From NCBI GenBank assembly GCA_040285825.1, contig JAUPSS010000004.1, forward strand, positions 5,051,784-5,115,783: a stretch of DNA of 64,000 nt. The letters are read 5' to 3'. A model generated the notes under the pieces. The model saw nothing but the letters and a program-made list of their open reading frames with translations, was not told where the DNA came from and did not search any database. Positions within the stretch are counted from its first letter, which is position 1. The number at the start of each line of letters is the position of its first letter. The translations under genes were made by a program, and so were the position numbers. Below, piece after piece: positions 47,506 to 58,300 of the stretch. Origin of the DNA: Eukaryota sp. TZLM1-RC. Taxonomy: Eukaryota; Protista; Metamonada: BaSk clade.

Positions 47506-49412
47506 CTACTTATCATCTTTCTTATTCTTGTTAACATAAGAAATCAAAGCTTCAGATGCAAAGTAAGGTCTTTGAGCACTTCCATCATTACGCTCACAAT
47601 CTTCAAGGAAACAGAGGAAAATAGTGTCAACAGCCATTTCTGTCACACCCATAAACATGGAACCAACTAGATAAGAAATCAAAAAGACTAAAGCAACCAT
47701 AAAGTGCCAGCTGTTATAATTTTCATTTCCATAGAAAACAAATGTGCCAAGAAGACCAGTGGCAATGGCAATGAACAATTTACCAAGGAACAACAATGAG
47801 TCTCCAACAATAGTGATTGCCAAAACTCTGCGCAAGTTTCTCATAATCAAATTAAACCCTTGCTTGGCGGCCTTACAATATGAGTAATTGTAAATAGCAA
47901 CCATAATCCATGCATTCTTGTTAATGTACTTCATAACCTTTTCAGCACATTTGACACAACAAGCAAGACATTTGAATACAGCAGATAATGACTTATTGCC
48001 AGTGTCCTTTGCTTTCTTGGAGAGATACTTAAGAATCCACTTGATAAAGCAGAGGATGGCAATGACGAGAGAACCAAAAGCCAAAGAACCAAAGTTATAT
48101 CGAAGACCTCTGGTTAATGCGCTCCAAATAGGACTGGCTCCCAGATTCTTCTTGTCATGAGTAAAGTAATACTTGGCAACTGCTCCAGCAATGGTAATGA
48201 GTGATACAGCAGAAATGAAGAACAATACCCAAAACATACCAAAAATGTGGTAAAGAAGATAGTAATGAGTGTTCTCTTCCTTCCAGTGCCATGTTCTACG
48301 CCCATCAGCATATGTCATTTCAGCAGTAGAGGCCAGCATAATGAGAGAATATCCCCAGTAAACAAGGAACAAAAGTTCAAAAACAAATACAAAGATTGGG
48401 AAAACTGTGAGAATAGGCATAGCTGCGATAGCTCTGGCCGCTTCCTGCACAACATCAATTGCCAACGAGATACTCTTACGCATCCAGAGTACCAACAACA
48501 AGAGGACACCAAAAACACCCCAAAGGATATACCCAATGTTTCTTGTGGTGGTCGCACTCTTTTCCTCATCAGAGTCTTCAGCTTCATCGATTCCATTAAG
48601 TCCAGCCATGGTATAATAATAAGCAGCAAAGCCAGAAGCGAAGAGAATACCAAGAATGGTAACCCAAACAATAATAGGGGCACACATTCTCAGCAAAATT
48701 AACCAAACAAAACCAAGAATAATGGCAACGAAAGAGAGTCCCACAAGAATGTTTAAGGTAGTGGATTGGTTGATGTCATCCATGGCATTAGACATATATC
48801 TGGTGAAATAGTTATCAGCAAAGTCTTCGGCAAAGTCTTGTACATCTCTTGGGATACACCTGCCAGAAATCGGGTGTGAATCATAAGTGTCATCTGCACT
48901 GAAGGTTTGTGTGAATGGTCCATAGTTAGGAGTGATATCAGTCTCCCCATCAGGACATTTTTGCACACAGACAGAATGCTCTGTGATCAAATGGATTAAC
49001 AATACATACCAATATTACTATTGTCATAGAAAAACAGATACTTGTGGGCAGTCAGATCAACTGTGTTGGAATCTTCTATGAAATGTTGGTGCTCTTCAGC
49101 AACGTAAGGATTGTTGTCCTCAGTGTTTTCAATACCACAAATAAAGCCATATCTGTCCATGGGAGCTGTAATTCTGCCATTAGCACATAAAAAAGAAAAC
49201 GTACTTCTGAATATCACCTTGTTGGATACCTAAGACAAAAGAGACATAGACGAAACCAGCAAGGAAAGCAAGGAAGATGAGTGCAAAAAGGCAATCTCTA
49301 CATTTGCGATTGGCTGAAATGAGTGTGTGAGCCACTACACACCAATTGGTCCGTGGAAATCTGGATCATAGGAATGGGCCTCGCCATAGAGTTCAGCTTC
49401 TTCGTTCTTCAT
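47506..49412 (-). CDS. Choline transporter-like protein (CTL/SLC44); introns at 49314-49342, 49174-49204 and 48981-49009
   Basis: DPDFHGPI.NRKCRDC, PMDRYGFICG, CVQKCP, YNFGSLAFGS, NKNAWIMVAIY, DTIFLCFLEDCERNDGS. Introns of 29, 31 and 29 nt restore the frame. Confidence 0.93.
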
Positions 49413-50092
49413 TGTGAAATAGAGTTAATGATGATTTTCATCTGATCAAGATTTCATCATTGGCGCAATTCTATTATTCTGATCACAAGCTTTAAGCTAC
49501 CTGAATCGCTTCTGTCATGTTAAAGTCATCTTGATTTTTGTATGAACCAAAATTTTCCTATATGTTGAAATGCAATTCTATGTCATGGTGGTTTTTCGTC
49601 GACCTTTTACACGACAATGCAATACTTCAGCTTGAGTTACCATCATCTTTTCGTCTGTGTCAAGGTTACCACGCTGCTAAATAACTTTTGTTTTTGTCGA
49701 AAAACTATTGTGCACTCAAATTGGTATTTAAGCACCATGACAACAGTTTTATTGTATTGTACGTGATCCTTTCATAGGGTCTGTGTTTGCTTTTTATTTG
49801 TTATTTATCAATTTCTGCGAACGAGAAACGAGAACAATGTGCAATTGATATCATTCAATTCAATGCTGTTCAAGGAAACATTTTTTTCAATTTTGGTTCA
49901 TGACAATCAGACAAAGCTTTTTAAATATTGTTTTAGATTGGAATTCATTATTTCATGTTTGTCAATGAAAAAAACTCGTCGCTTTGTAACTTTCATATTT
50001 TGTTTGGTTTGAAGCTATTAGTCAATCACATTTTACTATAACTTTAAGTAACATTGATTTAAAAAAAACAGATAATTTTGAGAAAAAATAAT

Positions 50093-50132
50093 CCTTATAG
50101 CAGTTGACCTTATAGCAGTTGACCATATAGCA
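50093..50132. repeat. 15-bp tandem repeat (CCTTATAGCAGTTGA, about 2.7 copies)
   Basis: Directly visible. Confidence 0.8.
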
Positions 50133-50424
50133 TTTGCAAATATTTCAATTGATTGCAGTGAAAAACCTGATGAGAACTTGTTGATCAACAGTGCTATGAA
50201 GGTTAGTGTATTATTTAACTACACCATATAGTAAGCATTGAGAGCAATACACAGTTTTAAAAACCCATGAGACTCTTTATTTTGGACAAGGTTCATCAAG
50301 AGGGACTAAGTGTTAATCACCTGAGGCATGAACTTTGTGGTAAGATTAACCCTCACAGATTTTATCCTTTCAAGATGGTGCAATTGGTTTATTCTAAGTT
50401 TGACACTGTTTCACTGATTCGGGA

Positions 50425-51200
50425 CCAATGTGCCACGAAGATTTGAATTGTGTGCCAAAAATGAAACGTTTGTAACATAAATGAGATTATATTTGAATAT
50501 TCCCATTAATGAATTATTATCAAAAGAAAAAAAGTATTTGTTCGAATTCACCTCAGCTCACTTTGCGTCATGCTCTGATTTGTTCGAAATTGATAACTTA
50601 TCGTTCTTCATTACATGATGCTGTTATAGACACTGTTTTTAATATGGCACGATCAAAGAGTCTCTGCTGAAAGAAACACTGTCATTGAATAATATTTGCT
50701 TCTGATGACAGAGGTGATATATACTATGATTGGATTGAGAACTCTGGAGCTGTTGTTGAGTTTGTCTCCTGTAATGTTGCAAATGGTACTTTGGCTCCAA
50801 GAAAAACTTAATCCTGGAGATGCTCTTGAATTCAAAGCCAAAGAAAAACATAGAAAATATAACAAAGATATCGAAGAGGCTAATGCTGGTAGAAATACAC
50901 CACTAGTTTTTATTGCTTTCCCATTTTCTATAAACGGAAGACTATCAGTAGAAGCAGGAACATTTTTGACTGATTTCCAAAAAATGGTTCAAGAAAAAAC
51001 AATGAAGATATTTGATATTTTTTTATGGTGCTCTCGGATTCAATTTGCCATTATTAATAGATTACCTCGGATTTTCAATCGAATTAGAGAAGCTTTAGCT
51101 AGACATCAAGTAGATCATGATGCTGTAGATGAAATCTTGGTGCAATGAACTTAGTCCCATTAGTTCTGAGTTTATTTCGTTAAGTGTGCAAGTTTAAATT
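50425..51200 (+). mobile_element. Decayed family A RLE copy
   Basis: KAKEKHRKY...FPFSINGRL...RIREALAR. Confidence 0.87.
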
Positions 51201-51283
51201 AAGCAATTGATTTGTGAAAAAGTTTGAGCTTTGTAATCTTACACCTTTCTTACACTTACACCTTTCTTTCTACTATTGTTATA

Positions 51284-51688
51284 ATGGCTAGCATTTTGGA
51301 AAACGTCTTTGAAGTAAAAGACATTGATCCTGAACATGGGAAGAAATTCGACAAAGTCTCAAGACTTGTGTGTTCTTCTGTAGGCAGTACTCCTATGGAA
51401 GTACATCTTGACATCAACTCAGACATATGGCCGGTTGAAGTTAAAGACCGACTTGAAATGCTCATTTCAACAACTCTTGCTTTGGGAACTGATGAAACTG
51501 ACACCACCCTTCTTGACAAATACGATTATGCCATGTCTGGGAGGGTATTCCGGTTTATTGAAGAAGGAGATCAGCATTCGGTATACGCATCTTTTGGGGG
51601 GTTATTGCTCAAAGTCAAATCAGCACCACATAACATTTCAGGATTTAGTCTAGACCAAGAAATTTATATACTTATTAGAAAGGTTTAA
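51284..51688 (+). CDS. RPB8: RNA polymerase I/II/III shared subunit RPB8 (RPABC3)
   Basis: FEVKDIDPE.GKKFDKVSRL, LDINSDIWP, YDYAMSGRVF, YASFGGLL. Confidence 0.96.
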   Translation: MASILENVFEVKDIDPEHGKKFDKVSRLVCSSVGSTPMEVHLDINSDIWPVEVKDRLEMLISTTLALGTDETDTTLLDKYDYAMSGRVFRFIEEGDQHSVYASFGGLLLKVKSAPHNISGFSLDQEIYILIRKV

Positions 51689-51908
51689 GATTAAATTTAA
51701 TAAATGTAGAATTTTATTTATTTTTGTTTTTCTAATTTTTATTACTTTTCATGGTCTATGTATTATCATATGGTTGTGCAAGACATGTAAATAAGCAAGT
51801 GACAATAGTATGAAAGAGTGGTGATGTAACAAAACAGGAAACTGTATGTGTAGCAGTAAATCAGCATCATAAAATATTCCAATAAAGTCTTTATTACACA
51901 AACACGGT

Positions 51909-52508
51909 TTAAAACTTGAGTTTACCTCCCGGAATGGCATCACATTCGTTGGGGTGATGTGGAGTGAACACCAGATGTTCCCGTTTGACATCACATTGAT
52001 CGATAAGAATCTCTGCAATTTGTTTAATGGCTTCTACATCATCACAACTACGTAACCAAATGTCTACCCTTGGAGAACCCCTCTTAACAAGGATGTAAAT
52101 GCCAGTTATAAGGTCTCCTAATTCTCCAAATTGTTCACCAACCAAGAACATTAGAATGTTATCAACGAATTGGTTGATTTCGGATTCATTCCCTCGGAAC
52201 GAAGGGAGACTGTATTTGTAACGGCCTCCATTAGCATTATTTGGGTCCTCCCATGTTGGTTTCACGTCAGCTTCAAAAACTTGAAGGGAAGATCCGGATT
52301 TGTAATCTGATGTTTTTGGAAGTGCCTTGAGGATAGAGACAAACTTCTCGGCTGTGGAGAAAGTGATGAGATTCCTCATTGTGTTTTCAAAAGAACTCTT
52401 GTCCTTGGAAGCTTCAGCTGCTGTGAAGTAGAGAGTCCATGAGCGATGTAAGGGATGTTCTTCCACTTCCTGGGGAGAGGGTGAGATGTGCTGTTCAACT
52501 GAGGTCAT
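51909..52508 (-). CDS. eIF4E: Cap-binding protein eIF4E (divergent)
   Basis: HPL..SWTLY, KPTWEDPNNANGGR, VGEQF, IWLR, FTPH. Confidence 0.92.
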   Translation of the reverse strand: MTSVEQHISPSPQEVEEHPLHRSWTLYFTAAEASKDKSSFENTMRNLITFSTAEKFVSILKALPKTSDYKSGSSLQVFEADVKPTWEDPNNANGGRYKYSLPSFRGNESEINQFVDNILMFLVGEQFGELGDLITGIYILVKRGSPRVDIWLRSCDDVEAIKQIAEILIDQCDVKREHLVFTPHHPNECDAIPGGKLKF

Positions 52509-52549
52509 TGAAACAGATATTGTCTATAACAATGAAATAAGTGTCCTTT

Positions 52550-55500
52550 TTACACCGATGTAGAGGGACTGGGTTCTTGAGAAGCAGAAAATTGTCTCCT
52601 TGATGCCTTTTTCTTTGAAAATTTGTCAACCTTGACTCTCTGCAGGTATTGCGGTCTATCTCCACCATTTACATTTGCTTCCATCATTGTTAACATATTC
52701 AGCGAAGCATTTCGATCTCTATTCCACAAACTTTCGCATGATTTACACATAGTAAGCCCGTGACGAATAGACATCTCATGCCTCTTCCATGGCCTAGGAT
52801 TTCTGCACCATCTGAATGTTTCAACTGTTTTTTCCGTCTTCTTACAGTTGAAACAACAGCAACTGGTTCGACACTCATCAATCAAAAAGACCTTATAATC
52901 AGCCTTTTTAAATAGAATTCTCAACCCTTTTCCTTTGGTAGATTCTTTGAATTTCATGTGTTTTCGTTGTTCCCAGTCTCCAATTCCAATAACTACTTGG
53001 CTGGGATCAATCAGTTACTGATTTGAATCTCTGAATCATCTTCCCTCCATCTTGTGCGATTAATCTCAGCCCACCATCTTTGTTTCCCAAATATTTTTTG
53101 ATGATAGACTTCACCAACAATACTATTCACATAATTCTTTTGTTTAATATACTCCATAAATCTATCAAACCTGCATCTTTTGGAATTGAATTGGGATAAA
53201 GTTGCTTCCCGTTCTGCTACAAATTTAGTCGTGTGATCATTATTTCGCAAATTGAATGAGTAATCAATTTCATGGGGAATATTGATTTCTTGAAGTACTT
53301 CACCTCTTAATAAACTAATTGTTCTTTCAGTCATTTGATTAATTATACTACTGTTTAAAGACATCCTTTGTTGTTGCTCTTCAGAAGGTTCATAATTGGA
53401 TAGATCAATAACTCTACCAGTAGAGTTATTGTGATAAGAGTGTCATTCCGTAAGCTGTCTCTTATTCTTTTGAATTTGTAACTTTTCGACTCAAATCTTC
53501 GTTGATTTTGAGTGTATTTGAAATGAAAATATTTATCTCTCTCAGGTTTGTTTGAATGAGTCATTCCAATAGCTAAATTGGCAGAAAAATAGAGTAGATC
53601 AGATTTCTCTGGATCAGCAGCAGCAAGGGTCATATCTTGGAATTCAGAAGGATTGATACTGTGGTCACCGATATATTTTTCTTTATCTTTCAATTCTTTT
53701 GCATTTACTTTGTACTTTTTCAAGTCCATTCTAGATTGAATGAAACTTATGTTAGTCTTTACACTATTCTAGAGTGTAGTTAGACTTATCTATTTGTTCT
53801 TGTATATTAGCTTAATGTTTATTGTTCTGTCATGGAGACTTCACTGGTGATGGTATTGAAATTCAATATAGCTCATTTCCCATCGTAATAAATTGCTCTC
53901 TCTCTCTGTTCATATGTCTGACTCTAGCCCACAGGCATCACTTACTGCTATTCCATCAGTCTCGATACTAGACATGATGTACTTGGAATTTTCTGCATAA
54001 AGTTTAGTGTTTTTAATCATATCCATTTTCAAAAAGGTATTCCATAAAACCAGATCATCAGCTTGATGATTGCATTGGTAAGACGACCTTGGACCAAGAA
54101 TGTCTTTGAATTGGACAAAAAACAAGTCCAATAAACATGTCTGGTCAATTCTGATATACGAGGGAATACAAGAATTCTTCAAAGGCAGAGCATGAAAGAG
54201 TTTGCTTTCCGCATCTTCCGCAATGTTACAAATTTGATTTTAACGAAAAATCAAATTTTAAATATTTTTCCCTTTTAGAATTACTGGGAAGTAAAAGAGG
54301 AATCCGATCATTAATGAAAGCAAAATAATTGATATAATTGAAATAATTGATGAGACTTTGTTTCTCATTGCAGAAGTTTCGCCATCAATATCTCTACATC
54401 CTTCTAAAAGGAAAGATTCAACTTTGTTGATGATTGATGAGAAGTTTCTCCTATCTTGCTTTTCAGGACATTGTTGTTTCTCTTAACATCATAAAAGCAT
54501 CAACAACAAACCGATCCAAGTAATCAAAGTAATGCTCCTGGATGTTAGTTTTGAAATTCACAATTAGTTTGTCAATTGTGTAATACAAAATATTATTTAT
54601 TCCTTTTTCTTGATACAACTTTTCGAACAAGTATTTCTCTAAAGTGTTGGTGATAGAATTCCAACAATGGGGCACAATGAGGATTTTGCAAAGCTGTTTT
54701 TGTCTTTGCGTTAAAGGAACTTTCCTCCTCATTTTGGGACGTGACCATAAAAAAAGCGTCACGAAATAATTGGGTTTCAATTTTTGGTTAAACATCATTT
54801 GGGTTTAAGTCAAAAAGATGCAAATAATAACCACAAATGAACTCTAAACCAACAGTAGAAATTTCCTGACACCTAATTACTGCCTCATCGATCACGTCAA
54901 GCATTTTCGGATCTCTGATGACATTTTTTAGACTGTCCTTATAACCATCATAAGGTTTATGTTTGACAGTTTATATGAATTGGTCATTGTTAAAGAAATT
55001 AAATATTTTCATGGTTAAATCTCTATCCCTTAAACAATAAACTGCAACTGCAGTTCTTCTTTGGGATAAGGATAAATCTGAGAAGCTATCATTTTCTTGA
55101 ACCTTCCAAAATTTTGCAAAATATAGAGGATCAAGGTCAATTTTACTCTCCCCTAATAAAATTGTAGAAACTGTGTTTAGTTTGCGTGGTTGATAATAAT
55201 GTGTGTAAATACTACAAGTATCAACAACAAATCGACCAGCAATTAAGGGGTTCAAGTGTTTGTGATTCAATTCTATTAAATTTGAGTTAAAATATTGAAC
55301 CCATTCATCAGCACCGATTTCACCCTTAAAAAAGTCCTCATCTTCAGAACCTTTCATAATATGTGGGATGTCAAATTTGAGAATTTTAAAACCACATATT
55401 ATATGAGGATTATAAGTTTTTAATAATTTTTTAAATGAACTTAGCAATTTTTTTTCAGAAAAATGATGATATAAAGTGATATTTTTATCATCAACTTTGC

Positions 55501-56840
55501 AATAATGTTCATTTCTGCTTGTTGATTTTTCTACAAGATCACAAAAACAAAGATTTAATTCAACCTGTTCTCGAGTAAAAATATGTGAAACAGAATTTGC
55601 AACAGTTTTTCCTGTAGATTGACAGTAAGAGATGCAATGTTCCCTTGTAGAAATAACAATTATTTCATTCTCATCACTGAGCATTTAACCCAACACCAAA
55701 ATTTCAATATCAAAATGTAATATTCTGAGAGTAAATTGTGTTTTGACATTTGATGGTGTTACTAAGGAGTATTTATATTGAGTCAGCTGATTCTCATTGA
55801 AAAGTGTTTTTACACGTTTCAAAGGTGTGCTCAATACATCAGCTCGCCTTTTTCTGATGTTTTTATGTACAGAGGAGCATTTCTTTGTCTCAAATGATTT
55901 TCGTTCATTGTCATCACAGCTATAAAAACAACTTTTGTCTTGATTGACAAAATGTTTAACATGAGCTGAATCAATTGAATTGAGCTGATTTGACAACAAC
56001 AAATTGATCATTTTTTTTGCAAACAGTATGGGGAATTTTCCACAATCATACAAATTGGATTGAAAAAATTCAGATATATTCTGACTGATATTGATTCCAA
56101 ATTTTTCATAAATTATTGAATTAATATTTTGATGTTGTCCTTCATTATGACGAAGACTATCAAAAAGAAAAGCTTTTACTATTCTGGATTTGATCCAGAA
56201 TGCAACAAATACCCCATGTTGTCCAATAGTAAATTGTTCGTCAACAGACCGAATCAAATTTGATTGATGAAATGCATCATTATAGGGTAGAAGAATCAAT
56301 GTGTTTTCTTCGTCGCCAGAATTGATCAATTGTGAGCAAAAATCCTCTTGAACAAATCCCCTAAAAAACAATAGGGCTGATGCGATGGGCCAAACAAGTA
56401 TTTTGTGATGTGACAGTGGAGTTGATGACTGATTGATAAAGTTGTTGATCGAACCAGTGATTTGTTCATTATCTAACCACCTGTCTTTAACATCATCATT
56501 TTGTTGCCCTCCACTTGTTAAATTAATTTTTTTAAAATATACATTGTTATTATAAAAAGGAATTCAATTTATATAATTTTTGATAAAACAATTATAGAAT
56601 ATTTTATCAGATAGGTCATAAATCTCTCCAAAATAAACACAAAATGAATTGCTCCCTTCTATAAAGAGGCTGTGGGTGGAAAAACTGATGTGTGAAACAC
56701 ATACAGCTTCCAGTTTCGTGCCCCAGACACGACCAGCAAATTCATAGATAATGTGTTGTCTTGAAGGATTTATACAATGTTTATTAAACACTCTCTGAAA
56801 CTCTGTGATGATAACAAAATTTTCAAAAATAGTATTGTAC
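52550..56840 (-). pseudogene. Ulp1/SENP8-like protease - DEDDy exonuclease - Fanzor1 fusion pseudogene (copy A1)
   Basis: One reading frame from ~56840 to ~54600, broken only by single stops. Protease: WLDNEQI, LPYND, GQH, FDSL, QSNLYDCG. Exonuclease: FDIE, GFKILKFDI, YCLRD. Then Fanzor KDSLKNVIRD..IDEAVIRC, NIQEHYFDYLDRF, PSYIRID, ETDG, DPEKSDLLYF, YTQNQRRFES, IGDWEQRKHMKFKE.TKGKG, DECRTS, zinc finger, WNRDRNASLN, RPQYLQR. Confidence 0.85.
53750..53940. mobile_element. Probable solo LTR inserted in the Fanzor gene
   Basis: 191 bp with TG...CA termini, flanked by CTTA (53746-49 and 53941-44). Removal restores ETDGIAVSFIQSRMDLKK in frame. Confidence 0.7.
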
Positions 56841-57040
56841 TAAATGGATGTTTTAACTGAAAACCAACAAATAAAAACCCAATAAAAAAAAGAAAAGTTG
56901 CTTATATTACATTACATTACATTATATTATATTATATTATATTATATTATATTATATTATATTATATTATATTATATTATATTATATTATATTATATTAT
57001 ATTATATTATATTATATTATATTATATTATATTATATTAT

Positions 57041-57595
57041 ATGAAAGAAACCCTGCTGAAAGAAACACTTTCTCTGAATAATTTTGGTTCTGATGATAGA
57101 GGTGATGTATACTGTGATTGGATTGATAATTCTGAAGCTATTGTTGACTTTGTCTCATGTAATGTTGCAAACGATACTTTGGTTCACAGAAGAAAACTTA
57201 ATCCTGTGGCTGCTCTGGATTTTAAAGCAAAAGAAAAACATAGAAAATATGATAAAGAAATTGAAGATGCAAATGTCGATAGAAATACACAGCTGGTTTT
57301 TATTGCTTTCCCATTTTCGATAAATGGAAGATTATCAGTTGAAGCAGAAACTTTTTTGGATGACTTCCAAAAAATGGTGAAAGAAAAAACAATGAAAAGA
57401 TTTGATATTTTTTTATGGCGTTCACGGATTCAATTTGCCATTATTAATAGATTACCGCGGTTTTTCAATCGAATTAGAGAAGCTTTAGCTAGACAGCAAG
57501 CAAATCAAGATTTTGTAGAGGAAATCTTGGTTTAATGATAGTCGTCCCATTAGTTATGATTTAATTTAATCAAGTGTGCAAATTCAATAAATAAA
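57041..57595 (+). mobile_element. Family A RLE 3' fragment within the (ATTAT)n array, copy 1
   Basis: Intact endonuclease-domain ORF 57041-57535 plus 3' UTR. Confidence 0.92.
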
Positions 57596-57745
57596 ATTAT
57601 ATTATATTATATTACATTATATTATATTATATTATATTATATTATATTATATTATATTATATTATATTATATTATATTATATTATATTATATTATATTAT
57701 ATTACATTATATTATATTATATTATATTATATTATATTATATTAT

Positions 57746-58300
57746 ATGAAAGAAACCCTGCTGAAAGAAACACTTTCACTGAATAATTTTGGTTCTGATG
57801 ATAGAGGTGATGTATACTGTGATTGGATTGATAATTCTGAAGCTATTGTTGACTTTGTCTCATGTAATGTTGCAAACGATACTTTGGTTCGCAGAAGAAA
57901 ACTTAATCCTGTGGCTGCTCTGGATTTTAAAGCAAAAGAAAAACATAGAAAATATGATAAAGAAATTGAAGATGCAAATGTCGATAGAAATACACAGCTG
58001 GTATTTATTGCTTTCCCATTTTCGATAAATGGAAGATTATCAGTTGAAGCAGAAACTTTTTTGGATGACTTCCAAAAAATGGTGAAAGAAAAAACAATGA
58101 AAAGATTTGATATTTTTTTATGGCGTTCACGGATTCAATTTGCCATTATTAATAGATTACCGCGGTTTTTCAATCGAATTAGAGAAGCTTTAGCTAGACA
58201 GCAAGCAAATCAAGATTTTGTAGAGGAAATCTTGGTTTAATGATAGTCGTCCCATTAGTTATGATTTAATTTGATCAAGTGTGCAAATTCAATAAATAAA
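57746..58300 (+). mobile_element. Family A RLE 3' fragment within the (ATTAT)n array, copy 2
   Basis: Same 5' truncation point as copy 1; about four substitutions seen. Confidence 0.92.

Noticed and set aside
52524-52532. TTGTTATAG shared after Fanzors A1 and A2 as an element terminus
   Set aside because: Similar motifs precede host ATGs with no Fanzor nearby, so a host promoter motif is the simpler explanation.
53746-53945. Insert in Fanzor A1 as a GT-AG intron
   Set aside because: Possible GT-AG boundaries give 196 or 200 nt and break the frame; it is far longer than host introns, and TG...CA plus a TSD fits better.
54971-55720. Host DNA polymerase delta/B gene or Polinton pPolB
   Set aside because: Only the exonuclease motifs are present; the frame continues into Fanzor rather than a polymerase palm. 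No Polinton integrase, capsid or TIRs were seen.
54788-56566. Stop-codon reassignment (TAA=Gln or TGA=Trp) as an explanation for in-frame stops in the Fanzor fusion
   Set aside because: Conserved host genes end at expected positions with TAA (RPS2, RPB8), TAG (ZIP) and TGA (UTP15) and have no internal stops. The element also has frameshifts and an insertion.
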